DNA of 62,807 nucleotides, filler included. It is 3 parts of 3 records of this genome, joined end to end, with 100 filler letters (N's around TTAATTAATTAA, not from the genome) between each part and the next. Parts side by side here need not be neighbours in the genome. Positions count along the whole stretch, not along the records: positions 1 to 12,495 come from SRR31156797_9283; 2 more parts are not named here. One strand, 5' to 3'. Under the pieces are notes generated by a model, which worked only from the letters and a program-made list of their open reading frames with translations, had not been told where the DNA came from and did not search any database. The translations under genes were made by a program, and so were the position numbers. Below, piece by piece: positions 1 to 8,295 of the stretch; the first letter of the stretch is position 1, and each line of letters starts with the position of its first letter.

Positions 1-60
1 CTTAAAATCCTGCTGCTGATGCTCTCCCTCGCCAATTAATTTGTATAAATAACTACTCAT
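1..60 (-). CDS. 5' fragment of a Schlafen/AlbA_2-domain protein (runs off the window edge)
   Basis: Hand translation from ATG at 60 gives MSSYLYKLIGEGEHQQQDFK, matching the GE-x4-(D/E)FK start of AlbA_2 domains. AAGGAGG lies just upstream. Not in the ORF track. Confidence 0.7.
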   Translation of the reverse strand, partial: MSSYLYKLIGEGEHQQQDFK

Positions 61-123
61 TTCCTCCTTGTTTTGAGTTATCCACCCAAAGTCAATTTCA
101 ATTACCGCTTTTCCGGTGCACAA

Positions 124-570
124 TTATTTCAACCATTCAAACGTAACATAATGGTCCTGGTTCATTCCCAATGTTTCGTATGTTCTTTGCGCGGGTAAAT
201 TTGTTTTGTCAGCATACAACCGTATCCCCTTTAGGTCTTGGCGGGTTAATACCAATTCTTTAATGTAAGAATACATGTTCCGGTAAACGCCTTTTCTTCT
301 ACACTCAGGCTTTACGTAAACCGACTGAATCCAAAGGACCGTACCATTTCGCCAGTCGCTCCACTCAAAGGTTGTAAGTAAAGAGCTTACCACTTGGTTG
401 TCAATTTCTGCAACATAGTAATTCCCTTTGTTCCTGTCTGTTAAAACAGCATTAACTCCCTGTTCAACAATTTCCTGTTGTAGTTCAATCCCTTCCGTTT
501 CGCATGCCATGGCCAGTTGAAATTGTACAATAGCCGAATGATCCTTTATTGTTGCTTGCCTTACTATCAT
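124..570 (-). CDS. GNAT family N-acetyltransferase
   Basis: 148 aa with WIQSVYVKPECRRKGV acetyl-CoA motif A and a C-terminal N..AQ..YE.LG motif. Confidence 0.85.
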   Translation of the reverse strand: MIVRQATIKDHSAIVQFQLAMACETEGIELQQEIVEQGVNAVLTDRNKGNYYVAEIDNQVVSSLLTTFEWSDWRNGTVLWIQSVYVKPECRRKGVYRNMYSYIKELVLTRQDLKGIRLYADKTNLPAQRTYETLGMNQDHYVTFEWLK

Positions 571-895
571 GATTTATGTTTGTGCTTAGCGAAAGTAATA
601 ATTCTGATGAAATAGTTAAGTCTCCCCAACTTTTTCCTATAAGATAATTGCCTTCTTTATAATAACAGAAAAACACTTTCAGAACAATTGCATTTAACGA
701 GCTCTCAACAAAAGAAGACTCCTCAACACCTGCCGGTTAGGCACAAAACTCCACCTTACTTTCCAAATCTGGTTAAAATGAAGATTTCAAAGTATAAAAC
801 GGAAATTTCGGGGGTATTCATAAAATGTTTCTGTATTGACTTGCAAAGCAGGTTATTCAGCTGGCTTTTTTACCAGTTCTGAATCAAAGACTTTA

Positions 896-1216
896 CTAAT
901 CACCAATACGATCCATAATTTCATCAACTTTAATTCTCTCTTCTTGTAAAAGAATTAATTGAAGCTTTTCTTTCTCAAGTTTTTCACTTACCATTGGCCC
1001 TACTTCGCCGGTCACGATGGCATTTACTCCCTTCTCTTTTAAAAAATCAACCAACTGAGCTCCGCTATGTGGCCCTCCAATAAAAGGATTTTCTTCTATT
1101 GAATATTGATTCTTCTCAACATCGAAAAGAACAATATACTCACATTTTCCAAAGCGAAGGTCTAATAATGATTTTTCGGTTTTGCCTGAGGATGTAATGG
1201 CGAAAATTTTACTCAT
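896..1216 (-). CDS. NifB/NifX family (dinitrogenase FeMo-cofactor-binding-like) protein
   Basis: 106 aa with RFGKC, ENP and GV.AIVTGEVGP motifs. Confidence 0.8.
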   Translation of the reverse strand: MSKIFAITSSGKTEKSLLDLRFGKCEYIVLFDVEKNQYSIEENPFIGGPHSGAQLVDFLKEKGVNAIVTGEVGPMVSEKLEKEKLQLILLQEERIKVDEIMDRIGD

Positions 1217-1273
1217 GGTACAATATGTTTTAACATCTAATAATAGAAAATAATTTTAAAATGTTCAATTTAA

Positions 1274-1614
1274 TTACAATTTGTTTAGTTCTTCCCAGTA
1301 TTCTAATGCTCTTCGGGTATGCGAATACATATGGTTCCTCCAACAATGTTAGCTACTCCCAGCCCCTCGAACAATTCTTTTGTTGCTAACTTTTGTTCAC
1401 TACGCTTCTCAAGATGATATTTTACACAATCATCACAACGTAAAACCAAAGAAGTTGCCAGTCCTAACATCTCTTTTACCTTCACACTTAACACCCCTTT
1501 CTGTGTTAATGTATCAAGGGCATACATTCGTTGAAATTCCTTGTTATCCGCGTTAAGGATTTTTTCATTCATTTTCGAACGATATGCATTAAACTCCTTC
1601 ACTAACTTTCCCAT
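1274..1614 (-). pseudogene. Carboxymuconolactone decarboxylase/AhpD family gene with a 1-nt frameshift near 1322
   Basis: Contains LVLRCDDCVKYHL. The family-like C-terminus HTRRALEYWEELNKL* continues in another frame to TAA at 1274-1276. Could be a true pseudogene or a sequencing error. Confidence 0.7.
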
Positions 1615-1638
1615 ATATATTTTTCTCCTTTTTGCAAT

Positions 1639-1646
1639 CAAAGATA
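1639..1646 (-). promoter_or_regulatory. Bacteroidota -7 promoter element for the CMD gene
   Basis: TATCTTTG matches TAnnTTTG, about 25 nt upstream of ATG 1614. Confidence 0.55.
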
Positions 1647-1782
1647 TTCTATCTGTTAAAATACGAAAACGAAGAAAAATATCAACAATATCTTTTCACA
1701 AATCGCAGTTATAGATATTACTTAAACTTTAAGGGGACAGTCAATGTGAATAAAAGCATTCGTTAATTATATGTTTTTAAAC

Positions 1783-1790
1783 TATATTTG
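1783..1790 (+). promoter_or_regulatory. Bacteroidota -7 promoter element for SPOR-purF
   Basis: TATATTTG followed by C matches TAnnTTTG, 21 nt upstream of ATG 1812. Confidence 0.6.
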
Positions 1791-1811
1791 CGCACTCAAT
1801 TAATTAGAATA

Positions 1812-2276
1812 ATGAGGACTTTTTTGCTGTTATTAGTCGGTTTGTTTATCACAAATTCGTTGTTCGCCCAGGTTGATCATTTTGAAGAAATGCCTGCAGA
1901 TACTTCCTGCATAGCAATTCTCGAAGGATTAAATGTAAATCGCGATACCCGGTTAGACAAAATGCTAAAATGGCATATAGAGAAGAACAGAAAAAGAGAG
2001 GGGATAAATGGTTACAGGGTTGAAATCTTTTTTAGTTCTAAAATGGACGCAAAAGTACAAGCCTTAAATACCAAAACTGAATTTCTTACAAATTATCCTG
2101 ACTATTCTGTTCACATAAAATTTGTAGCACCTAATTTTAGAGTTCGGGTTGGCGACTTTAGAACGAAGAACGAAGCATTAAAACTGTACAAGCAAGTTCA
2201 GAAAGACTATCCTGCTGCTTTTATTGTTCCTGACATTATCGATTTTCCATTGCTGAAACCAAATCATTATGAGTGA
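1812..2276 (+). CDS. SPOR domain-containing secreted protein
   Basis: Signal peptide plus C-terminal GYRVEIF...FRVRVGDFRTKNEA...AFIV. ATG 1812 is preferred over TTG 1788, which overlaps the promoter motif. Confidence 0.8.
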   Translation: MRTFLLLLVGLFITNSLFAQVDHFEEMPADTSCIAILEGLNVNRDTRLDKMLKWHIEKNRKREGINGYRVEIFFSSKMDAKVQALNTKTEFLTNYPDYSVHIKFVAPNFRVRVGDFRTKNEALKLYKQVQKDYPAAFIVPDIIDFPLLKPNHYE

Positions 2277-4167
2277 CCAGATTAAACACGAGTGTGGCAT
2301 TGCATTAATTCGTTTATTAAAACCGCTATCTTATTATCAGGAGAAGTACGGAACGTGGAAATACGGGCTAAACAAACTGTACCTTCTGATGGAAAAACAA
2401 CACAACAGAGGGCAGGATGGAGCCGGAATATGCTGTGTAAAAAGCAACCTCGAACCAGGAATTCCATACATCAGCCGCTATCGTTCAATCGAACAAAATC
2501 CAATTAAAGACGTTTTCGACAAAGTTAACAAACCACTAAAAAAAGCAAAACGCAACGATTTTGACATCAACGATCCGGAATGGGCAACCCAAAACTTTGG
2601 ATTTGCCGGCAACTTATATCTTGGTCATTTGCGATATGGTACTTTTGGAAAAAACAGCATTGATTTTACGCACCCGGTAATGCGACAAAACAACTGGAAA
2701 TCGCGCAACCTTGTTTTGGCCGGGAACTTCAACCTAACAAATACCGACGAACTTTTTGATGTACTTGTTAAACTCGGACAACATCCCAAAGCTTATACCG
2801 ACACAGTAACAGCGCTTGAAAAAGTTGGTCATTTTCTTGATGAAGAAAACCAGCTTCTTTTTAGAAAATATAAAAACGAAGGTTACGACAATAGTAAAAT
2901 TTCACCTCTAATTGAGCAAAACCTCGACATTCAAAATATTTTAGAACGCGCATCAAAAGACTGGGATGGAGGTTATGCCATAGCTGGCCTGATTGGGCAT
3001 GGAGATGCCTTTGTTGTTCGCGATCCATGGGGAATTCGTCCGGCACATTATTACGCCGATGACGAAGTTGTTGTGGTTGCTTCAGAACGCCCGGTTATAC
3101 AGACCGTAATGAACACCCACGTTAGCAAAGTGAACGAAATAGGTCCCGGCGAAGCCCTGATCATAAAAAAAGACGGACAGCTAAGTAAAGAAATGATCCG
3201 TGTACCGCATAAACGCAAATCGTGTTCATTCGAGCGCATTTATTTCTCCCGAGGCAGCGACAAAACAATCTACCAGGAGAGAAAAGAACTTGGACGATTA
3301 CTGACCCCCATTGTACTTAAGGCTGTAAACTACGATTACGAAAACACGGTATTCTCATATATTCCCAATACCGCAGAAACAGCTTTTTACGGACTTGTTG
3401 ATGGCGTTCGACACCATTTGGTTGATTGGAAAATCGATCAGATTCAAACAAAAAATGGCTCCCTAACCAATAACGATATAAAGCGGATTCTTTCTTTTGA
3501 GCCTCGTGTTGAAAAGATTGCAATTAAAGACGTAAAACTGCGCACCTTTATTGCCGACGATGCAAGCCGCGACGACCTTGTTGCTCACGTTTATGATGTA
3601 ACATATGGAGTAATAAAAAACAATGAAGATACACTTGTTATCATTGATGACTCAATTGTTAGGGGAACCACTCTTAAAAAGAGTATTCTTCGGATTCTGG
3701 ATCGTTTAAACCCTAAAAAAATAATTGTTGTGTCCTCGGCTCCACAAATTCGTTACCCGGATTGCTACGGAATTGACATGGCACGACTCGACAAATTCAT
3801 TGCCTTTAATGCCGCAATAGATTTGCTTAAAGACAACGGAATGGAATCGATCATTCAGGATGTTTATAAAAAATGTAAAGACCAGGAAAACCTGCCAAAG
3901 GAAGAAATGGTAAATTATGTACGCGAAATTTACAAACCATTTACAGCAGAGCAAGTCTCTACAAAAATTGCAGAATTATTAAAACCCGATGACTGCAATG
4001 CCGAGGTTGAGATTGTTTACCAATCTATTGAAAATCTACACAAAGCATGTCCGAACGATTTAGGAGACTGGTATTTTACTGGCAATTATCCTACTCCTGG
4101 AGGTAACCGGGTAGTTAATGGTTCGTTTATTAATTTTGTTGAAGGAAAAGACGAAAGAGCTTATTAA
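2269..4167 (+). CDS. purF: Amidophosphoribosyltransferase (long Bacteroidota form)
   Basis: N-terminal HECGI Ntn cysteine, QHNRGQDG, GHLRYGT, CSFERIYFSR and the PRPP motif IIDDSIVRGTT. Confidence 0.9.
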   Translation: MSDQIKHECGIALIRLLKPLSYYQEKYGTWKYGLNKLYLLMEKQHNRGQDGAGICCVKSNLEPGIPYISRYRSIEQNPIKDVFDKVNKPLKKAKRNDFDINDPEWATQNFGFAGNLYLGHLRYGTFGKNSIDFTHPVMRQNNWKSRNLVLAGNFNLTNTDELFDVLVKLGQHPKAYTDTVTALEKVGHFLDEENQLLFRKYKNEGYDNSKISPLIEQNLDIQNILERASKDWDGGYAIAGLIGHGDAFVVRDPWGIRPAHYYADDEVVVVASERPVIQTVMNTHVSKVNEIGPGEALIIKKDGQLSKEMIRVPHKRKSCSFERIYFSRGSDKTIYQERKELGRLLTPIVLKAVNYDYENTVFSYIPNTAETAFYGLVDGVRHHLVDWKIDQIQTKNGSLTNNDIKRILSFEPRVEKIAIKDVKLRTFIADDASRDDLVAHVYDVTYGVIKNNEDTLVIIDDSIVRGTTLKKSILRILDRLNPKKIIVVSSAPQIRYPDCYGIDMARLDKFIAFNAAIDLLKDNGMESIIQDVYKKCKDQENLPKEEMVNYVREIYKPFTAEQVSTKIAELLKPDDCNAEVEIVYQSIENLHKACPNDLGDWYFTGNYPTPGGNRVVNGSFINFVEGKDERAY

Positions 4168-4182
4168 TACAAAACATCAGAT

Positions 4183-4222
4183 AAAAAATAGCGCAACATT
4201 CAAATGCTGCGCTATTTTTTTT
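4183..4222. terminator. Bidirectional intrinsic terminator
   Basis: AAAAAATAGCGCAACAT-TCAA-ATGCTGCGCTATTTTTTT inverted repeat with A and T tails, between convergent genes. Confidence 0.8.
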
Positions 4223-4237
4223 GATATCCTTTTATCT

Positions 4238-5197
4238 CTATCTCGGCGATGGCCAACCATCGTCTTCTTTGTCTTTAATGTAAGTTTCAATGTGACGATC
4301 AACTTTTACTTCATAAATATCGTTGATAGTAACAATAATACCGGTTTCAAGAACATTCCCAAAAACCTCGTTTTTAATGGTTCCAAAAGTTTTCATCGAA
4401 GGAGACAGGTTCATATAGGCATTCACAAGCGGCGGAATATTCTCTCCAAACGAACGTACATTCTGAACCAGTATTTTATAATCTTCTTTATAATCATCAC
4501 CTACAAACAGATTTCTCATTGCAGGTATATCAATATCAAACTCAACAGGATCTTTTGGGTACACCAGGTTTTCCTTGTCACGAAAATACTTTTTAAAGAA
4601 ATATTGAATCAGATTACGAGCCTCACTATGAAAATGTTCGTACATGGTTATTTTTCCAAAAAAGTACTTTATCTCAGGATGATCGACAGTTAGTGCCCCC
4701 AAACCGTCCCACAAGTTATCGAGTGCAAATAATGCCTTGGCACCAGCTTTACTCGATTGATATGCCGGTTGCACAAATGATCTCCCCAGCTCTAAAGTAT
4801 AAGGCAGATAATTTTCCTCAAACTCTTTTGAAAAATGAAAAACTCTTGAGGTTGCCAGTTTTATATCGCCGTTCTTATCCCGGGGAGCATCAGCACACAC
4901 CAGGTAACGATACCCTCCTAATATTTCTTTTGAATCCGGATCCCATACAATGAGTTGCTTATAAGGTTTTTCAGCAGTATCATAACTGTCAACATCCGTT
5001 TCCTTACCGGTTCCTCCACCAGCTTCCCTAAAAGTAATTTCACGCAAACGCCCAAGTTCGTGCATAATTGCAGGAGAATCGTGCGCCGTTACAATATATA
5101 TTTCATTACCACCTTTATTGGTCTTTCGAAGAAGTTTTTCAGGTGTTAACTCTGCATAAATATCTTCTCTTGGTACAGGTGCTATAATATCTTTCAT
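4238..5197 (-). CDS. GNAT-fold N-acyltransferase (OlsB/GlsB-like, amino-acid lipid synthesis)
   Basis: ELGRLREITFR..GGGTG, ILGGYR, ELGRSFVQP and IPPLVNAYM motifs. Paired with an O-acyltransferase next to mraZ. Confidence 0.8.
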   Translation of the reverse strand: MKDIIAPVPREDIYAELTPEKLLRKTNKGGNEIYIVTAHDSPAIMHELGRLREITFREAGGGTGKETDVDSYDTAEKPYKQLIVWDPDSKEILGGYRYLVCADAPRDKNGDIKLATSRVFHFSKEFEENYLPYTLELGRSFVQPAYQSSKAGAKALFALDNLWDGLGALTVDHPEIKYFFGKITMYEHFHSEARNLIQYFFKKYFRDKENLVYPKDPVEFDIDIPAMRNLFVGDDYKEDYKILVQNVRSFGENIPPLVNAYMNLSPSMKTFGTIKNEVFGNVLETGIIVTINDIYEVKVDRHIETYIKDKEDDGWPSPR

Positions 5198-5364
5198 GCA
5201 ATAAGTATCTTTGTCCTCAAGTTCCCGATCTTCAAAACAAACATAAACACTTAAATTGTATTTCTTAGTACGCCTACTTAAGTATCTTGTTTCGCTGTCC
5301 CATTTTTTTGAAAATTGGAATACAAAATTAAAAAAATCCGACTAAAGCAGTTCTATTATTTGGT

Positions 5365-6213
5365 TTAATTTACTGAATCTGAACATTCTTTTATTTTGTA
5401 AACTTTGTCTTTAACCCACTGCGCCCACTCATAATGCGTTTTTGACGAATCAAATTCAGTATAAGAAATAGGCTTACCAAAATACAAATGGACATCATGA
5501 TTTCGGTGTTTCATGGTTTCATCGGGCAAGAAAAACATTTCCAAATTCCATTTCAATCGTAAAAATTTTCTGATTTTTGCTGTACGATAAAAACGATTCG
5601 AGTTTCTTCCACTTATAAACACCGGAATTACATCACGTTTATGCTTTACAGCTTTTGTGATAAAATGCTTTTTCCATTCCAGGTCAAGGATTTCACCCTT
5701 AATCTTTCGCGAAGCGAGCCCCGAAGGAAAAATCAATATCTGATCATCAGATTCATAACATTCGGCTAATTTACGGGCAGCTTCTCTGGCATGTCCCCCA
5801 TGCTTATTAACTGGGACAAAAACTGTATTCAACTGTGGAATGTTGAGCAAAATATCGTTAGCCAGAAACTTAAAACTTCCCAGGCGTGCCTCAACATTCT
5901 TCATTAAAAGCATCCCATCAAATCCTCCAAGCGGATGATTGCTTGCAAAAATAAACCGCCCCGACTTGGGGATATTATCAGCATTGTGAACATGTTCAGT
6001 TACATCAAAGTCTCCAACCACCTTATCCACAAACTCAATCCCTCGCAAATGTCCATGCTTTTGCAAAAAAGTATTCACATAATCCAGGTGTAAAATCTTG
6101 TTTAAATACCGATAAATAAACCCAGGGATAATTTTTGCCAATCCAGGACTCTTTTCAACAAAAACCTCTTTAATATTTATAAGTTTATATGCCTTGTTAC
6201 CTTCCTCCTCCAT
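5365..6213 (-). CDS. PlsC-family acyltransferase (GlsA/OlsA-like)
   Basis: NHPLGGFD (HX4D) and IFPSG motifs. Confidence 0.85.
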   Translation of the reverse strand: MEEEGNKAYKLINIKEVFVEKSPGLAKIIPGFIYRYLNKILHLDYVNTFLQKHGHLRGIEFVDKVVGDFDVTEHVHNADNIPKSGRFIFASNHPLGGFDGMLLMKNVEARLGSFKFLANDILLNIPQLNTVFVPVNKHGGHAREAARKLAECYESDDQILIFPSGLASRKIKGEILDLEWKKHFITKAVKHKRDVIPVFISGRNSNRFYRTAKIRKFLRLKWNLEMFFLPDETMKHRNHDVHLYFGKPISYTEFDSSKTHYEWAQWVKDKVYKIKECSDSVN

Positions 6214-6509
6214 CTTGAAAATTTTGCAGCGGCAATTAAATAAAAATTGATCAATCTGAAAAATGGAATACTTCTAATTATAACATCAAGCACCAATTGT
6301 CCAAATCTATACCTGTAAATCAGAAAAATTATTTCAGAGAAAACACAACTTTTAGCGTCGGAATATCAGAGTTATTAACTACATAAAAAACTCCACCCCA
6401 AAAACCTCATCACACTCTTTATCAGCATATTCCAAAATCTTTTCAACAACACCTTGCAGGTTTTTAACAACATACTCACGCGTTATCAACAAAAACAAGC
6501 AAAGCCAAA

Positions 6510-6555
6510 GTGGAATGTTTTGTCACAAGATGGAATAAAATGGAAGAAAATTGTA
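6510..6555 (+). promoter_or_regulatory. Putative MraZ-binding direct repeats upstream of mraZ
   Basis: TGGAA at 6511, 6531 and 6541, with degenerate units at 6521 and 6551. The 10-bp period resembles the TGG-core repeats known upstream of mraZ in other bacteria. Confidence 0.6.
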
Positions 6556-6589
6556 TTTTTACACTTGATAAAAAGACTTTAAACAATTC

Positions 6590-7033
6590 ATGGCATTTTT
6601 TGCAGGAAAATATCAGGCAACTATCGACGACAAAGGACGTGTCGTTCTTCCATCTGCTTTTAAAAAGGCAATGGGAGAAAAGATACCGGAACAAGTTGTA
6701 CTGGAAAAAAACCAGTTAAAAGAATGCCTTGATATTCATCCTATGGAAGTTTGGCAGGCAAAAGTTGAAAAACTACAAGCAAAGGTAAAAGCCAGCTCAA
6801 ATCCCAAACACTATGAATTCCTGTTAAAATACTTTGAGAATTTTACACCTGTAGGATTGGCTACAAATGGAAGAATTAATATTCCGGATGAATTTTTAAA
6901 GCATGCAAACTTACAACGAGAGGTTACATTTTTAGGAATGGGCCCATCGATTAACCTAACTGCAGTAGCGGCCTCAGCCGAAGATATGTCAAGAGAAGAC
7001 TACATGGGAATGTTGGAAGAGTTTGAACTATAG
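6590..7033 (+). CDS. mraZ: Division/cell-wall cluster transcriptional repressor MraZ
   Basis: IDDKGRVVLP and NGRINIP repeats; first gene of the dcw cluster. Confidence 0.9.
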   Translation: MAFFAGKYQATIDDKGRVVLPSAFKKAMGEKIPEQVVLEKNQLKECLDIHPMEVWQAKVEKLQAKVKASSNPKHYEFLLKYFENFTPVGLATNGRINIPDEFLKHANLQREVTFLGMGPSINLTAVAASAEDMSREDYMGMLEEFEL

Positions 7034-7037
7034 AGAA

Positions 7038-7940
7038 ATGCCAGAAAACTATCACATACCGGTTCTTGCTGCGGAGAGCATTGAGGGCTTGAATTTAAAA
7101 TCGGAAGCAGACGTAATAGACGCCACTTTTGGAGGAGGCGGACACTCCCGGCTGATTCTCGACGCGCTGAGCGGAGGCAGATTGTTTGCTTTCGATCAGG
7201 ATGAAGATGCAGCCGGGAATACCATAGAGGATGACCGGCTTTTTTTTATTCGACATAATTTCCGTTACGTCAAAAACTTTCTTCATTATTACTCTGTCGA
7301 CAAGGTGGACACCATTTTTGCAGACCTTGGAGTATCATCGCACGAATTTGATGAACCCGAACGTGGTTTTTCATTTCGTTTTAACGCCCGACTTGACATG
7401 CGTATGAATCAAGACGCGGATCTGGATGCGGCACAGGTTGTAAATAAATATAACGAAGATGAATTGCGAAGCATTTTTCGCATGTATGGAGAAATTAAAA
7501 ATGCCGGCCGATTGGTTAATGAGATTGTAAAATACAGAGAGGAAGCACCAATAAAAACTACAACACAACTAAAAGAGATTGCGGGCAAATGCGCCCCAAG
7601 AGCCATCGAAAACAAATACCTGGCCCAGGTTTTTCAAGCTTTGAGGATCGAGGTAAACGAAGAGATGGAAGCTTTACGTGAATTTCTTATGGCTTCGCTA
7701 GACATGTTAAAACCGGGGGGGCGACTCGTTATTATTACATACCACAGCCTTGAAGACAGGTTGTGTAAAAATTTTATGAAAGCGGGGAATTTTGAAGGAA
7801 AAGTTGAAAAGGATTTTTATGGAAATATACAGTCCCCTTTTAAAGTTATCAATAGAAGGGTTATTATTCCAGGCCCCGAAGAACTGGAATCAAATCCACG
7901 CTCGAGGAGTGCAAAACTAAGAATAGCTGAACGAATTTAA
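7038..7940 (+). CDS. rsmH: 16S rRNA m4C1402 methyltransferase
   Basis: HIPVL, DATFGGGGHS, DLGVSS, LDMRM and NPRSRSAKLR motifs. ATG 7038 chosen. Confidence 0.95.
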   Translation: MPENYHIPVLAAESIEGLNLKSEADVIDATFGGGGHSRLILDALSGGRLFAFDQDEDAAGNTIEDDRLFFIRHNFRYVKNFLHYYSVDKVDTIFADLGVSSHEFDEPERGFSFRFNARLDMRMNQDADLDAAQVVNKYNEDELRSIFRMYGEIKNAGRLVNEIVKYREEAPIKTTTQLKEIAGKCAPRAIENKYLAQVFQALRIEVNEEMEALREFLMASLDMLKPGGRLVIITYHSLEDRLCKNFMKAGNFEGKVEKDFYGNIQSPFKVINRRVIIPGPEELESNPRSRSAKLRIAERI

Positions 7941-7942
7941 AC

Positions 7943-8293
7943 ATGGCAGATCAAAGCAGAAATACAAAAAGAAGACCAGGTATGAAGTCTTTCATCGGAG
8001 GAACAATTCTTACCGATGAGCGCACTTTAAAGCAAATGCCTTTTGTTGCTTTCCTGGCATTTCTTGGGCTCCTACTGATCGCCAACCGTAATTGGTCGGA
8101 GACCACACTACGCCAAATAGAGGTTCTTCAGGAAGAACTAAATGAACTTCGTTCAGAGTCTGTTACCTTATCGGCCAAACTGATGGATGCCAGCCGTCCT
8201 TCGGAAGTCGCAAAACGAGTTAAGGATGCTAAAATAGGACTGCAGGAGCCTGTACGTCCACCACAAAAACTAATTATTAAAAAAGAAGACTGA
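7943..8293 (+). CDS. ftsL: FtsL-like cell division protein
   Basis: Single TM helix plus coiled coil, located between rsmH and ftsI. Confidence 0.75.
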   Translation: MADQSRNTKRRPGMKSFIGGTILTDERTLKQMPFVAFLAFLGLLLIANRNWSETTLRQIEVLQEELNELRSESVTLSAKLMDASRPSEVAKRVKDAKIGLQEPVRPPQKLIIKKED

Positions 8294-8295
8294 GA

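Noticed and set aside
688..882. 64-aa plus-strand ORF in the GNAT-NifX gap
   Set aside because: TTG start, no recognisable motif, and opposite in strand to both neighbours; probably spurious.
4118..5149. Plus-strand ORFs of 191, 86 and 64 aa, and the many similar antisense ORFs in the track
   Set aside because: They are shadows of well-supported genes on the other strand or frame.
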